64,000 nt of DNA from Callorhinchus milii (GCF_018977255.1 NW_024704742.1:69628001-69692000); one strand, 5' to 3'; positions 13,201-26,312 are shown, counted from the first letter of the stretch. The notes: generated by a model from the letters alone, not told the origin. Numbers and translations are program-made.

Positions 13201-15222
13201 ACACTGTCCATTAAATACTACCCACTATACACTGCCCACTATACACTGTCCATTATACATTGTCTACTATACACTGTCCATTCTACATTGTCCACTATAC
13301 ACTGCCCACTATACACTGTCCATTACGCACTGTCCATTACACAGTCGACTACACACTGTCCATTACACACTGTCCAAGACGCACTGTCCATTATACACTG
13401 TCCATTATACAATGTCCACTATACACTGTCCACTATACACTATCCACGGCACACTGTCCATTATACACTGTCCGTGATACACTGCACACTGTCCATTATA
13501 CACTGTCCACTACACACTGTCCACTACAGACTGTCCACTACAGACTGTCCACTACACACTGTCCACTAACACTGTCCACTAACACTGTCCACTGTACACT
13601 GTCCACTATACACTGTCCACTATACCCTGTCCACTATACCCTGTCCACTACACACTGTCCACTATACACTGTCAACTACACACTGTTCACCACACACTGT
13701 ACACTGTCCACTACACGCTGTCCACTACGCACTGTCCACTATGCACTGTCCACTATGCACTGTACACTATACACTGTCCACTATATACTGTCCATTATAA
13801 GCTATCCATTATACACTGTTCATTATACACTGTCCACGACATACTGTCCATTACACATTATCCACTGCACACTGTCTATTAAACACTGTCCACTATACAC
13901 TGTCCACTATGCACTGTCCACTATCCACTACACACTGTTCACTACACACTTTCCACTGCACATTGTCCACTATACACTGTCCACTATACTGTGTCCACTA
14001 TACACTGTCCACTATACACTGTCCACTATACTGTCCACTATACTGTGTCCACTATACACTGTCCACTACACACTGTCCACTATACACTGTTCATTACACA
14101 CTATCCACTGTACACTATCCACTACACACTGTCCACTATACACTGTCCACTATGCACTGTCCACTATACACTGTCCACTGTACACTATCCACTACACACT
14201 GTCCACTATGCACTGTCCACTATACACTGTCCACTACACACTGTCCACTACACACTCTCCACTACAAAGTGTCCTCTACACTCTGTCCGTTATATACTGT
14301 CCACTATACGCTGGCCTTTATACACTGTCCCCTATACACTGTCCCCTATACACTGTCCCCTATACACTGTTCACTATACACTGTCCACCATACACCGTCC
14401 ACTAAACACTGTCCACTATACACTGTCCACTACACACTGCCCATTTTACACTGTACCCAGTACACTATACACCGTACACTGTCCACTATACACTATCCAC
14501 GATACACTGCCCGTTATACTGTCCACTACACACTGCCCATTATACACTGTCCACTACACATTGTCCATTACACACTGTCCATTATACACTGCACACTATC
14601 CACTGTACACTGTACACCATACACTGTACATGGTCCACTTTACGCTGTCCACTTTACGCTGTCCAATATACCCTGTCCACTATACACTGTCCACTATACA
14701 CTGTCCACGATACACTGTCTATTGTACACTGTACACTGTCCACTATACACCATGTACTGCACACTATACGCTGTACACTATACCCTGTACACTATCCACT
14801 GTCCACTGTATGTACACTATATACTATACACTATACACTGTACACTGCAATGTACAGTATACACTGTAGATTATACATTGTATGTCCACTATACACTGTA
14901 TGTACACCATACACTGTACACTGTACACTATGCACTGTACATTATACCCCTTATGTACACTATACACTGTACACTATACACCTTATGCACACTACACATT
15001 GTACACTACACACTGTGCACTGTCCACTGTCCACTATACCCTGTGCACTGTACACTGTATACGATACACTGTACACTGTGCACTCTCTGCTGTCCATCAC
15101 ATATTATACACTATACACTGTAAACTATACACTGACACTATACTCTGTATGTACACTATACACTGTACACTATACACTCTACGCTGTGCAACTGTATATA
15201 CACTATATGTACACTATACACA
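10226..15222. repeat. ~5 kb satellite, 14-bp unit CTAYACACTGTCCA
   Basis: Hundreds of tandem copies; explains the periodic THCPLHTVHYTLST pseudo-ORFs. Confidence 0.98.
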
Positions 15223-15254
15223 GCTGCAAATCATGGTGGTGTGACACGGAATGT

Positions 15255-16032
15255 GTCTCTTTGACTGTCTCTCTCTCTCTCGCTCTGTCTCACTTTCTCT
15301 CTCACTCTGTGTCTCACTCTCTCTCACTGTCTCTCTCGCTCTCTCTCTGTCTCCCTCTCTCCCTGTCTCTCACTGTCACTCTCTGTGTCTCACTGTCCTC
15401 TCTGTCTCACTCCCCCCCTCTCTCACTTTCTCTGTACCACTCTCTCTCTGACACTCTCTGTCTCACTGCCTCTCTCACTCTCTCTGTGTCTCCCTCTCCC
15501 TCTCTCTCTGTCTCACTGTCTCTCTCTTACTTTCTCTGTCTCTCTGTCACCACTGTGACTCACTGTCTCTCTCCCTCACTCTGTGTCTCACTCTCTCTGT
15601 GTCACTCTCTCTGTCACTCTTTGAGTCTCACTGTCTCTCTCTCTCTCTGTCACTCTGTGTCTCACTGTCTCTCTCTCATGCTCTGTGTCTCACTATCTCT
15701 CTCTTTCACTCTGTGTCTCACTCTCTCTCTGTCACTCTCTCTGTATCACTCTTGCTCTCTGTCACTCTCTGTGTCTCAGTGTCTCTCTCTCACATTCTGT
15801 GTCTCACTCTCTCTCCCACTCTCCCTTTATATCACTGCCACTCTCTGTGTCTCACTGTCTCTCTCTATGTCTCACTATCCTTTCTCTCTCTCTGTCTCAC
15901 TGTTTCTCTCACTCCCTCTATCTCACTATCTCTCTGTCCACTGTCTCCCACTCTCTTTGTGTCTCACTGTTTCTCTGTCTCACCATCTCTCCGTCTCTCT
16001 CTCTGTCACTCTCTCTCTGTCACTCTCTGTCA

Positions 16033-16063
<31 letters not shown>

Positions 16064-16632
16064 CCTCTCTCTGCCACTCTCACTCTCACTGCCACTCTCC
16101 CTCTCACTCACTTCTCTCATTTTCACTTTCATCCTCTCTCTCTCCCTTTCTCTCACACTTTCTCCCTTTGTCTCACTCCAACTATTTCTCTCTGTATCCC
16201 TTTCTCTCACTCCCTCACTGATTTATCCCCTCTTTCTCGCAATCCTACTCTCTGTCAATTTCTCTCACTCCCCCCTCTCTGTCACCCTCTCCACTCTCTC
16301 ACCGCCTACCTCTCTCACTCCCACTACTCTCACTCCCTCTCACACTAGTCTTCCTTACTCTCCCCCCTCTTTTTCTCATACCCCTCTCTCACTCCCCTCT
16401 CTCACCCATTCCTTCTCTCTGCAGCTCTTTCTCTCTCTTCTACATACACTCTCTCTCTGCGCCAGTCTCTCTGCCACTCTCTCGTACTCCCTTCTTTCTC
16501 TCTCACTCCCCTTCTCTCTCACTCCCCTGTCTCCCTCGCTCTCTCTCTCTCACACCCTCTCTCTCATTCTGTCTCTCACCCCCCTCTCTCTCATTCTCAC
16601 TCCCTCTCTGCCTCCCTCTCTCTTCTTTTCCT
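15255..16632. repeat. CT-rich low-complexity tract
   Basis: ctctctgtctcact-type degenerate microsatellite. Confidence 0.95.
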
Positions 16633-17640
16633 TTCACACCGTCTCCACTTCGTCTCTGCAAACAGCTTTTCCTCCAGCCCCCGCACCGTCTTGTGCGCTA
16701 TTCCTCAGGGCTCTGTCCTCGGTCCCCTCCTCTTCACCCTCTACACGCTCCCCCTTGGTGACATCATCCGCAGACACGGGGTAAATTTCCATATGTATGC
16801 GGATGACACCCAACTCTATCCCTCTGCCTCCATCCTGAACTCCAGGACTACTGGCGTCCTGACCGACTGCCTGTCCGCCATCAAGTTCTGGACAAGCGAC
16901 AACTTTTTCCAACTGAGGCCCTCCTGATTGGCTCGCGCCAGCGTCTCCGCACCTCAGGCGTTGGCAGCATCAGCCTCCACGGCTGCACACTCAACCTCAC
17001 TAAGGCAGTCAGGAACCTGGGTATCCTGTTTGACCCTGAACTGTCCTTTCTCCCCCACATCCGCACCATGACCGGCACTGCCTACCACCACCTCCGTAAC
17101 ATTGCCAGACTCCGCCACCGCCTCACCCCTCAGGCTGTCAAAACCTTCACCCACGCATTCGTCACATCAAGGCTCGATTACATGAACTCCCTCCTCATCG
17201 GCCTTCCCAACTCTTCCCTTCACAAGCTGCAGATCATCCAAACCTCTGCAGCTCGTGTACTCTCACGCACCAGGCTCCGCGACTCCATCACTCCCACTCT
17301 CACCCGACTCCACCGGCTCCCCATCCCCCAAAGGAGCGAGTTCAAGATCCTCGTCCTCATTTTCAAGGCCATCCATGGCCTTGCCCTCTCCTACCTCTCC
17401 GACCTGCTTACTCCCTAAGAACCTGCCTGATCCCTCCGTTCATCGGGCTCTGGCCCTCTCCCATGTCTCCCGCCCGACCCGCCCTACCATCGGTGGTCGG
17501 GCTTTCAACCTCTCTGCCCCCACACTCTGGAACTCCATCCCACGGTCCCTTCGCTTTGCTTCCTCACTTCCCTCCTTCAAGGCCGGTCTCAAGATGCTCC
17601 TCTTCGATCGTGCCTTTGGTCTCCCTCCCACTCCCCCCAT
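16633..17640 (+). mobile_element. L2 3' fragment (RT), decayed
   Basis: [27 protein letters not shown] motifs. Confidence 0.92.
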
Positions 17641-18290
17641 CTCTCTCCTTCTCACTCTCTCTCTCTGTTCCTCTCTTTATCTCTACTCACACTCACCCTT
17701 CTCTCTCTCCCTCTCTTGCGCTCTCTATCACTTTCTCGCTCTCTGTTACATTGTTTCCAGTTTCACTCTCTCTCTCACAGTCTCACACTTTATCTCCTAT
17801 TTCAATACATATATTATTTGTTCATCTCTTCACTCTCTCGCTCTGTTTCTCACTCTGCCTCTAACTGTCTCTCTCTCTCACTCACTCGGTCTCTCCGTCT
17901 CTGATTCTCTCTTGCCAACCTGTGCCTAACGCTCTCCAGAATTAGCGAAGGCGGGATGTGTCCCTCCAGGGAGAAACCACATTCCATTCCAGACACAGGG
18001 AAATTTCCATGGAGGTGACATACAGATGTGAACTCAAATCTGCTTTGAATAGTCTTGAACACAGGGATGAGTTTCCATTTGTGTCAGAATACAAGAAGAT
18101 CTCTCTCCCATGTTTCTTTCTTGTTCTCTGTCCATACCTGTCCATTGCTCTCTCTCTTGCTGTTTCTCTCTCTCCTCTCTCTCTCTCTCTCTCCATCTCG
18201 ATATTTCTTTCTCTCTCTCTCTCTCTCTCTGAATTTTTCTCCATCTCTGACTTTCGCCTGCTGAATCTCTCTCCCTCTCACTGTTTCTCA
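17640..18290. repeat. CT-rich tracts, interrupted by an unclassified repeat fragment
   Basis: Directly visible. Confidence 0.85.
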
Positions 18291-19552
18291 CTGCATGCCT
18301 TCCTGGGTCTTTCGCTTTCGCTACTGATTGAAATGAGGAATTTAAATGACTTTTACAGAAATTCTAATTGACATGCCAACCGCATCCGCTCCCTCCTCTA
18401 ATAAAACAAACATTTAAAGAGAGCGCTTGTTTTCTCAACTGCAGTGGAACGGGAGTGTTCTATAGATCGGCAACCACAATGTAACATATATAACAATACA
18501 GTGGTGTGCAAATTGGCTGTGGCATTTGTTTACAAACACATAATCACTACATTCACGATTAAATACTGTAAAGCTCTTTGAGACGCCTCGATGACACGAT
18601 AAGGCACCGTATCAATAATACTAATAATAATCCTTGCATTTGATATAGCGGCTTATCACGTCTCAAAGATGTTTCAAAGCACTTCACAAAATATATTAAA
18701 GTGTAGTGACTCCATGTTTTGTGGGCAAAACACGGCAGCCAATTGCGCACAGCAGTGTCCCACAAACATCCGGGGTAATAATCCCTCCAAAATACTAATC
18801 CGCCAATTGGCTACCCGCCACTCATTGGATATTATTGTTATTGGATGTCTTGCAGTGAATCACAAAGCAGCAACTTAACCCGTGGATTATGCACTGTGCC
18901 ACATGTAATGCTGTGCTCTGATGGTCTACATTCATTACAGTCTCTGAAGCTGAACGCGTGCTTTTGTGATTCACTGCCAGATTCACAGTGGTTCACACTT
19001 GTCCTTTGCAATTATCAAGTGTTTGAGGTTACTGGCTGAACGTAAAGTTAGCACCAATGGCGACTAACAGTAACAACATGACCACCACTACAGTCTCACG
19101 TGATGTTTTCAGTGATTTGTTTTGGTCACCAGAGTGCCTGACACGTGCAGAATTCCTCCACCGTGCTCAAGAAAAGCATCTAAGCCAGACTGAGAATTCC
19201 ACATATGCATGGAAATTTCCCTCTGCGTACCCTGGAGGACACACCCCATTTACCTAATTCCAGAGAGCATGAGGTGTAGGTTGGCAAGAGGCTTGGGAAC
19301 CCCAGGGTGTGCGTTGGGTTTAACTAGCTAAAACCACATAGCTTGGCCATTGGGAGGGCTATCTGGCAAGCTTCCCACTGCTTGCCCAGCTGGACCACAC
19401 ACGCCCATTAGGAGCTGCAAGGCCTTCGACAACTGGTTGTAACTAAGTGAAACGGAGATTGAGAGATAGAAACAGCCCTTTGGTCCCTTTGATCTCATTC
19501 CCAGGATGTGAATCTCCACATCGCTCGCCCTTGACCCAGTGCAGATGATAGT

Positions 19553-19852
19553 AATAATCCTTGCATTTGATATAGCGCTCACGTCTTCTGGATGTCTCAA
19601 AGTGCTTCACAGAATATACTGTAAAGTGAATTGACAGTATATTTTGTGGGCGAAACGCAGCAGCCAATCACACACAACAGTGTCCCACAAACAGTCGTGG
19701 ATTGAAGTAACCCAATTATTATTTTTTTTCTTGACGGATTATTATCAAGCGTTTGGAGTAAGGAAACTTGCCCAAGGTTTTGCCCTGCTGGGAATCAAAC
19801 CCAGCTCTCTCGCTTATGAGGCGAGTGCTCTAACCACTGAGCAACAGGACTT
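19553..19852 (-). mobile_element. SINE family A (internal deletion)
   Basis: Reverse-complement head and tail. Confidence 0.85.
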
Positions 19853-20466
19853 CGGAGATGAAACACTTATCCACAATTCGTCACTTCCTGCTTCGATTTC
19901 TCCACCAGCTCACACCCTACTCCATTACCCGCCCTTTCCCTCAGCTGGCTCCGGCCTCCTGCACGTTCCTCGTCCCCTCTACTCCACCATCGGCGGCCGT
20001 GCTTTCAGCCACTACTCCCTGAAACTGTGAAACTCTCTGCCTCAATCTCTCCGCCTTGCTTCCTCTTTGACACTCTTCAGATCCCACCTGAAGACCTTCT
20101 GTGAACTTGCCTGTGGTCATCTCCCCTCTTCCCCCGGCTTAGAGTCAGGCTCCACTACTGTCAAGCGCTCAGACACAACCCCACGCGATGGCACTAAAAT
20201 TGGTCACTCAAACCATGGTTATTTGTGGGGACATTGCTGTGCACAATTGGGCTGCCATGGTTGGCCCACAACACAATCAATCCACTTTGCAGTATATCCT
20301 GTGAAGCGCTTTGAGACGTCTCGATAACGCGATAAGGCGCTATTTATTATAAAATATAAATTGCGTTGGGTAAATGATGACCGCCATCTGCTGGTCAGTT
20401 GTGGATACTGCAGGGAAATTGCTGCTGCGAGGTGCTTACCTGATACATTATACAGTAATAAATTAT

Positions 20467-20792
20467 AATAATAATAATAATTCTTGCATTTGATATGGAT
20501 TGACTGTGTCTTTTGTGGGCAAAACTCAGCTGCCAATTGCACACAGCAGTGTCCCACAAACAGTCGTAGATTGAGTGACCAAATTATTATTTATTTATGT
20601 TGTTGAAAGGATTATTACCCCCGGAAAGCAATCCACTAATCGACTAACAACCGAGTTCCTACTTACCACATGGTAAACAGAGGCGTGTGGAGTAAGGAAA
20701 CTTGCCTGAGGTTTTGCCCCGCCCAGGAATAGAACCCAGGTCCTCTCGCTTGCGAGGCGAGCCACTCTAATTAATATGCTGCAGGACTCCAG
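20467..20792 (-). mobile_element. SINE family A
   Basis: Reverse-complement copy. Confidence 0.85.
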
Positions 20793-21344
20793 TAATGATA
20801 ATTCTTGCGTTTGTGATATCACATCAAAACGTCTAATTATTGTCAGATGTATTGGCTATTTTGCGAGAAGTAAGGTGAAAAAGTGATGGCCAATTTTATC
20901 TGGAGATTGTCAGCTAAGACTCTGGGAGAAACCTACCTGTTCAAGTAGTATCACAAGATCTTTAATGTCCACCTGAACGGGCAGATATGCACGTCTTTAA
21001 AAAGACTTGAGTCTGTAGCACTTCTTTCCCCCTTCACTCCCCCCAGCACTACACGAGTGTGTCAACTTAGTGCGTGAGCTCAAAGCACCGACCCACGGCT
21101 CAAACCCGCTCTATTAGAAAAGAGTTGAGAGTTTCTCCCGGTTTCCTGGATGAAATCCTCGCCCCACCCTCCATCCCCCCATACACCCCCCCATCGATCA
21201 TTCAACTCATGGCTGTTTGTGGGACTTTGCTGTGCGCAAAATTTGGCTGTCATGTTCACCAACAAAATAAACAGTCGCAGTTGGTGGAATGGCCCTGTGA
21301 CTCGCTTGATAATCATTCAACAATGTTGTGGGCGAGCAAAAAAA

Positions 21345-22263
21345 CAATGTCTGACACATGTGGAAACCCATTACGAGGCTTCAGGGTATCCAAACCAGAC
21401 CGAGATTTCCACATATCCCGTCTACACATGGAAATCCCAGAGATGTTCATTGGAATGGAATGTGCATGAGGGATGCATCCTGCGTACCTATTTCTGAAGA
21501 GTATTTGGTGCAGGTTGATAAGAGCCAAGGCTTGGGGACCCCAGAGTGTGTGTTGGGTAACTGCTGGAGTCTGACCAACTAAAAAGAGTCCTGTAGCTCA
21601 GTGGTTAGAGCACTCGCCTCTCAAGCGGGAGACCTGGGTTCAATTCCCGGCTGGGCGAAACCTTGGGTGAGTTTCCTTACTCCACACGTCTAATAATAAT
21701 CCCTCCAGAAAAAAAAACAATAATAAATTGGTCACTTCAATCCGCGACTGTTTGTGGGACACTGCTGTGCGCAACTGGCTGCCGCGTTTTGCCCACAAAT
21801 ATACATTATACATTTTACAGTATATTCTGTGAAGCGCTTTGAGATGTCTTGATGATGTGAAAAGCTCTATATCAAATGCAAGGATTATTATTATTATTAT
21901 TATTATTAAAACCGCATAGCTTGTCATTGATATCACTGTCTGGCAAACCTTCTGCTGCTTGTCCAGCTGGAACCATTGATAGGGCTTTGGCTTGCAGAGT
22001 TTACGGGAGCTGAATGGGAGGATTCCCTGCCTCCAGTGACCGGTCCGTTTGTCCTTCCAAGTCCTGCCGATGCTGTGCTGGCATCAACAGTGCCCTAGAA
22101 TACTGCGTACGTGCCCGGTTCAGTAACCGGACTACTGAGGCCATCATAGAGGGCTGGCTCGATTCTGACATTCTGTTGCCAAACATATCACCTTGGAGCC
22201 GGTTCAGCTCCGAGGAGCCCCCACTTACCTCCCGCCTAAGGAGGATAGGCAAGAAACTGAATG
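21345..22263 (-). repeat. most complete copy of the unclassified ~600-700 bp dispersed repeat (SINE inserted at 21586-21908)
   Basis: Colinear with 3638-4670, 53760-54322, 60920-61270 and other fragments. Confidence 0.8.
21586..21908 (+). mobile_element. tRNA-derived SINE family A, full length
   Basis: A box tagctcagtggttagagc, B box ggttcaattcc, central domain, L2-type tail with (att)n. Confidence 0.9.
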
Positions 22264-22826
22264 AAGCAGGCTGACATCTCTCGACACTAAAAAACTGTAA
22301 TATAAAAATGTATAAAGATTGTTTGAACAAGGTGCAGTATATATGGTGAGCTCCATGTCCCAGTTCTGGTGCGCCACAGCTTTGCAGTGTCAATATCCCT
22401 GGTGCCAGTAACAGCTCATGTAAATCCTTGCAATTTGCGTTGGTTCCACTTCAAGTGGTGCATTAATGGGGATTTGCCTGATCTTGCTGTCTCCGCAGCA
22501 CCAAGTCTCAGGCATCTGCAAAGCTACTGCTACAGGTGGATTAACCCTTAGTGCGCTGGCAGATGTTGGCGAAAACTCCTGTTATGGAATATCAACCACA
22601 ACCGTTTGACATTTGTTTGATGTGCCTTCACACATCGGGTGGGACACCTCAAAGCTCTAAACAGAATCGGCTGTGAGCTGGGGGATAGGGGAGTGAGCTG
22701 AGGAAGGAGGGCACAGAGAGGAAAGGTAACCAAAAACATGGACGAAAGGAAAGGTGTTAAGATGGGCTTTTAACGTGGGGAGGAATGGGGATGAGGTGGA
22801 GGGACTCCAGGATGGAAGATTTTGTG

Positions 22827-23070
22827 GAGTCCTGTAGCATATTAGTTAGAGCACTCGAATCACAGATAAGAGGACCCAGGTTTGTTTCCTTATTCCACAT
22901 GCGTCTGTTTACCTAGCAGTAAGTAGGAACCCAGTTGTTAGTTGATTGGTGGAGTACAACCTGTTTGTGGGACACTGCTGTGCACAATTGTCTATCCCGT
23001 TTCACCCACACACATACAGTCAATTCACTTTGTATTATTCTCTGTGAAGTGCTTTGAGATATCTCAACAA
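22827..23070 (+). mobile_element. SINE family A (deleted)
   Basis: Head ggagtcctgtagc and body. Confidence 0.75.
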
Positions 23071-24135
23071 CAAGAAAACATTTTTTTATAGTGCCTTTCA
23101 CGTCGGGGGGATGTCCCAAGGCGCTGGACGGTCAGAGATTCGGACCCGAGCTGGGGGTCGGGATCAGGGAGGGTGGAGGGCAGGGGGGGAAGCAGGCTGA
23201 TCGAAAGTACAGTTGAAGAGGAGGGTCTTGAGGTGGGTCTTGAAGGAGGCAAGGGAGGGGGCGGGGCAGAGGGACTGCGGGATGCAGTTCCAGAGGGTGG
23301 GGCAGAGTGGCAGAAGGCCCGCCCGCCAATGGTGGAGCGGGCAAGGTGGCGTGAAGCAGGCCAGAGCCTGCTGAGCCGAGGGAGCTGGCAGGATGGTAGA
23401 GGGTTAGGAAGTCACAGAGGTAGGAGGGAGCAAGACCATGGAGGGCTTTGAAAGTGAGGACCAGGATCTTGAACTGATTCCTCAGTGTGATGGGCCAATG
23501 AAGTCGGGCGAGATTGGGGTGATAGGGTCATGGATCCTGGTGTAGGAGAGGACACCGTCTGCAGAGTTTTGTATGATCTGCAGCCTATGGAGGGAGGAGT
23601 TGGGGAGACCGACAAGCAATGAGTTTGCATAGTCAAGCTTTGATGTAACGAATGCATGTATGAGGGTTTCGGCGGCCTGAGATGTGAGATAGTGGCGGAG
23701 CGGGTGATGTTGTGGAGGTGGGGGAAGGCAGAGCGGGTCATGGCACAATGTGGGGTAGAAAGGATAGTTGAGGGTCAAACAAGATCCCAAGATTCTGGAC
23801 TGGCTCAGTGAGGTGGAGTGTGGATCCATGGATGGTGATGCTGTCAGCGCCTGAGGTGTGGAGGCGCTGACGGGAGCCAATCAGAAGAGCCTCAGTCTTG
23901 TTGATGTTCAACTGAAGAAAGTTCGCTCTCATCCAGGACTTGATGTCAGACAGACATTCTGTCAGGGCAGCAGTGGTCTTGGAGTCAAGGGTGGAGGCAG
24001 AGAGGTAGAGTTGGGTGTCATCTGCATACATGTGGAAGTTGACCCCATGTCTGCGGATGATGTCACCAAGAAGGAGCATATAGATATTGAAGAGGAGGGG
24101 ACCAAGGACAGAGCCCTGGGGAACGCCACACACTC
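23067..24135 (-). mobile_element. L2 3' fragment (RT), decayed
   Basis: [11 protein letters not shown] and YADDTQLY in ORF 23738-24211; tail at 23067. Confidence 0.92.
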
Positions 24136-24755
24136 TACGATGATAAGGTGCTGCATCAGATGCAAGGATTATTATTAATATTTCAGCATGGAAGAAGGCC
24201 ATTTGGCCCATCTCCCTCCCCTCTCCTCCTGCTGAAAATATCTCCTTGAATCAAAATTAAATCCCCAAACTAATCCTCTCATTTGATGCAGTGCCTTTAA
24301 CATCATAATCTCCCAAATTGCTTCACAGGGAATTGTGTCCAGTGCAGTAACTGTTTGTATTGTTGGATCCACTTGGTAACCAATTTCCACTCAGCGGTGT
24401 GGTCCCACGAACAGCTGGAAAGTGATTGACTACTTCAACCAGAGGATCATTAGACAGAACAGCAGGAGAAACTCCATGCTTGTTTCTAGTAATAGAGCAG
24501 TGGGATCTTTAATGTCCACCTAAACGCCCACTTTGTAGTTTTAACTTAAAGTGCAGTTACTGTGTATTTCAAGCAAATAGGGTAGTCAATTTGTGCACAG
24601 CCAACAGCCATGAAATGAGTGACTGATTTTATTTAGAAAATTGTTAGCCAGGACACTGGGAGAGAGAAACTCCTCTTCTATTGAAAGGTGCCATGGAATC
24701 TTTAATATCTACCAGGACAGGCACAGTCAGTTATGATAAGTCAGTTATGATAAGT

Positions 24756-24805
24756 TATTGATATCTATTTGATATCCAGATACGGATATCAAATAGATAT
24801 CAATA
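24756..24805. repeat. perfect 22-bp inverted repeat with 6-nt loop
   Basis: tattgatatctatttgatatcc-agatac-ggatatcaaatagatatcaata. Confidence 0.95.
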
Positions 24806-25379
24806 GGGCAAAACTGGGATTATCATTAGACTATTTGAGGTTAGGAGACTTTTTTNCCAGCAGGGTTGTGGGTGAACTGAATACTTTGCAACATGTCCTG
24901 TTGATTTAAATACCAGCTAGACGGGCCTTTTAAAAGGGACGTTTGTAGATTCATAAGGACAATAATAATAATAATCCTTGCACCTGAACTCAACAGATTT
25001 AGTAATATATCCCAGCATCCTGCTTGTCTTGTTTTTATCACTGCCTTAAACCGTTCAGACAGAGATGGTGAGTCAACTAACACCTCTAGGTAACTTGGCG
25101 CAATCTAGCCCATAGTGATGTATGGTGCTTAAGCTTTTTATAGAAAACTACCAGGGTTCTTTCATAGGAGATTAGGCCTTAAATTTCTCAACTATCAGCC
25201 TTAAGAACATCATTCCCTTTGAATGAAAATTACTACATGAAGTGCAGGGAATGTATTACGTAGGCCAACATGACAGCCAATTTGTGCACAGCAATGTCCC
25301 ACAAGCAGCCATGAATGGTCAGTGTGTCAGTGACTTGATGGATCAGTCAGTGACTAGAAGACATTTTAAGATATTTACC

Positions 25380-25637
25380 AAATGAGCAAACGGGGAGTTT
25401 CGGACAAAGAGTTTCACATGGTTAGGTTATGGAATGTTCTCCTGGGAGTTGATGAGGTAGAATCCTCAATCTTCAATTAGTTTTCAAAGAGGAACCAGAT
25501 AGATATCTAAAAAGGAATAAGTTACAGAGAAAGGGCAGGTAAATGGGACTGAAGGGATCTCTCTTTAAAAGAGCTGGCACAGATACGATGGGCCAAATGG
25601 CCTTCTTCTGTGCTATAAATTTCTATGGTCCTATGAA
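25380..25637 (+). mobile_element. decayed CR1 3' fragment
   Basis: gggccaaatggccttcttctgtgc 3'UTR and ttctatg tail. Confidence 0.7.
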
Positions 25638-25941
25638 GCGAAAGACCAATTTTATTTTAGGGATTGTTGGCCATTGTACCGGGACAAACTCCATTCTCCT
25701 TTCAAATAGTTAGTGTCAACCCGAACAGGCCAGACAGGATCTCGGTTTAAAGTCTCATCCGAAGGACAGCGCCTCCGACAATACATCGCTCGCCCAGCAC
25801 TGCACTGGATAAGCGCTTTGAGATGCCGTCCGGCGTGGAGGGCGCTATATAAATCCAAGTTGTTGTTGCTGTTGTTATTGATTGTGAGCCTAGACTGCAA
25901 GTTCAAAGTGCCGACATGGGGGCTTGAACTCACAAACTTCT

Positions 25942-26312
25942 AATAATAATAATCCTTGCATTTGATATAGCGCCTTATCACGTCCTTGAGACGTCTCAAA
26001 GCGCTGCACATAATATACTGTAAAGTGAATTGACTGTATATTTTGTGGGCAAAATCCAGCACCCAGTTGCACACAGCAGTGTCCCACAAACAGTCGTAGA
26101 TTAAGTGACTTTTTTTGGAATGGGATTATTATTGGAGGGATTATTACCCACGGAAAGTGATCCGCCAATCAACTGACAACCAGGATCCTATTGCTGCTAG
26201 GTAAACAGCCGTGTGGAATAAGGAAACTTGCCTAAGGTGTTGCCCTGCTCGGGAATCAAAACCGGGTTCTCTTGCTTGCAAGGCCAGTGCTCTAACCACT
26301 AGGCTATGGGAG
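25942..26312 (-). mobile_element. SINE family A, inserted in a family B SINE head
   Basis: Full reverse-complement copy. Confidence 0.88.

Noticed and set aside
10429..15123. Long His/Thr/Cys/Tyr-rich ORFs (up to 597 aa)
   Set aside because: Translation of a stop-poor 14-bp satellite; open in overlapping frames with 14-aa periodicity and lying inside an intron.
10226..15222. CRISPR-like array
   Set aside because: Contiguous tandem units without unique spacers, no cas genes, vertebrate intron.
14850..16784. 644-aa Ser/Leu-rich ORF, and similar ORFs at 7861-8481 and 49255-49793
   Set aside because: Read-through of CT/CA microsatellite, which lacks stop codons.
21586..21660. tRNA gene (also the other family A heads)
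   Set aside because: No acceptor stem pairing; always attached to a SINE body and tail.
24856..24856. Single N (another at 36841)
   Set aside because: Assembly ambiguity after T homopolymers; only a caution about homopolymer indels.
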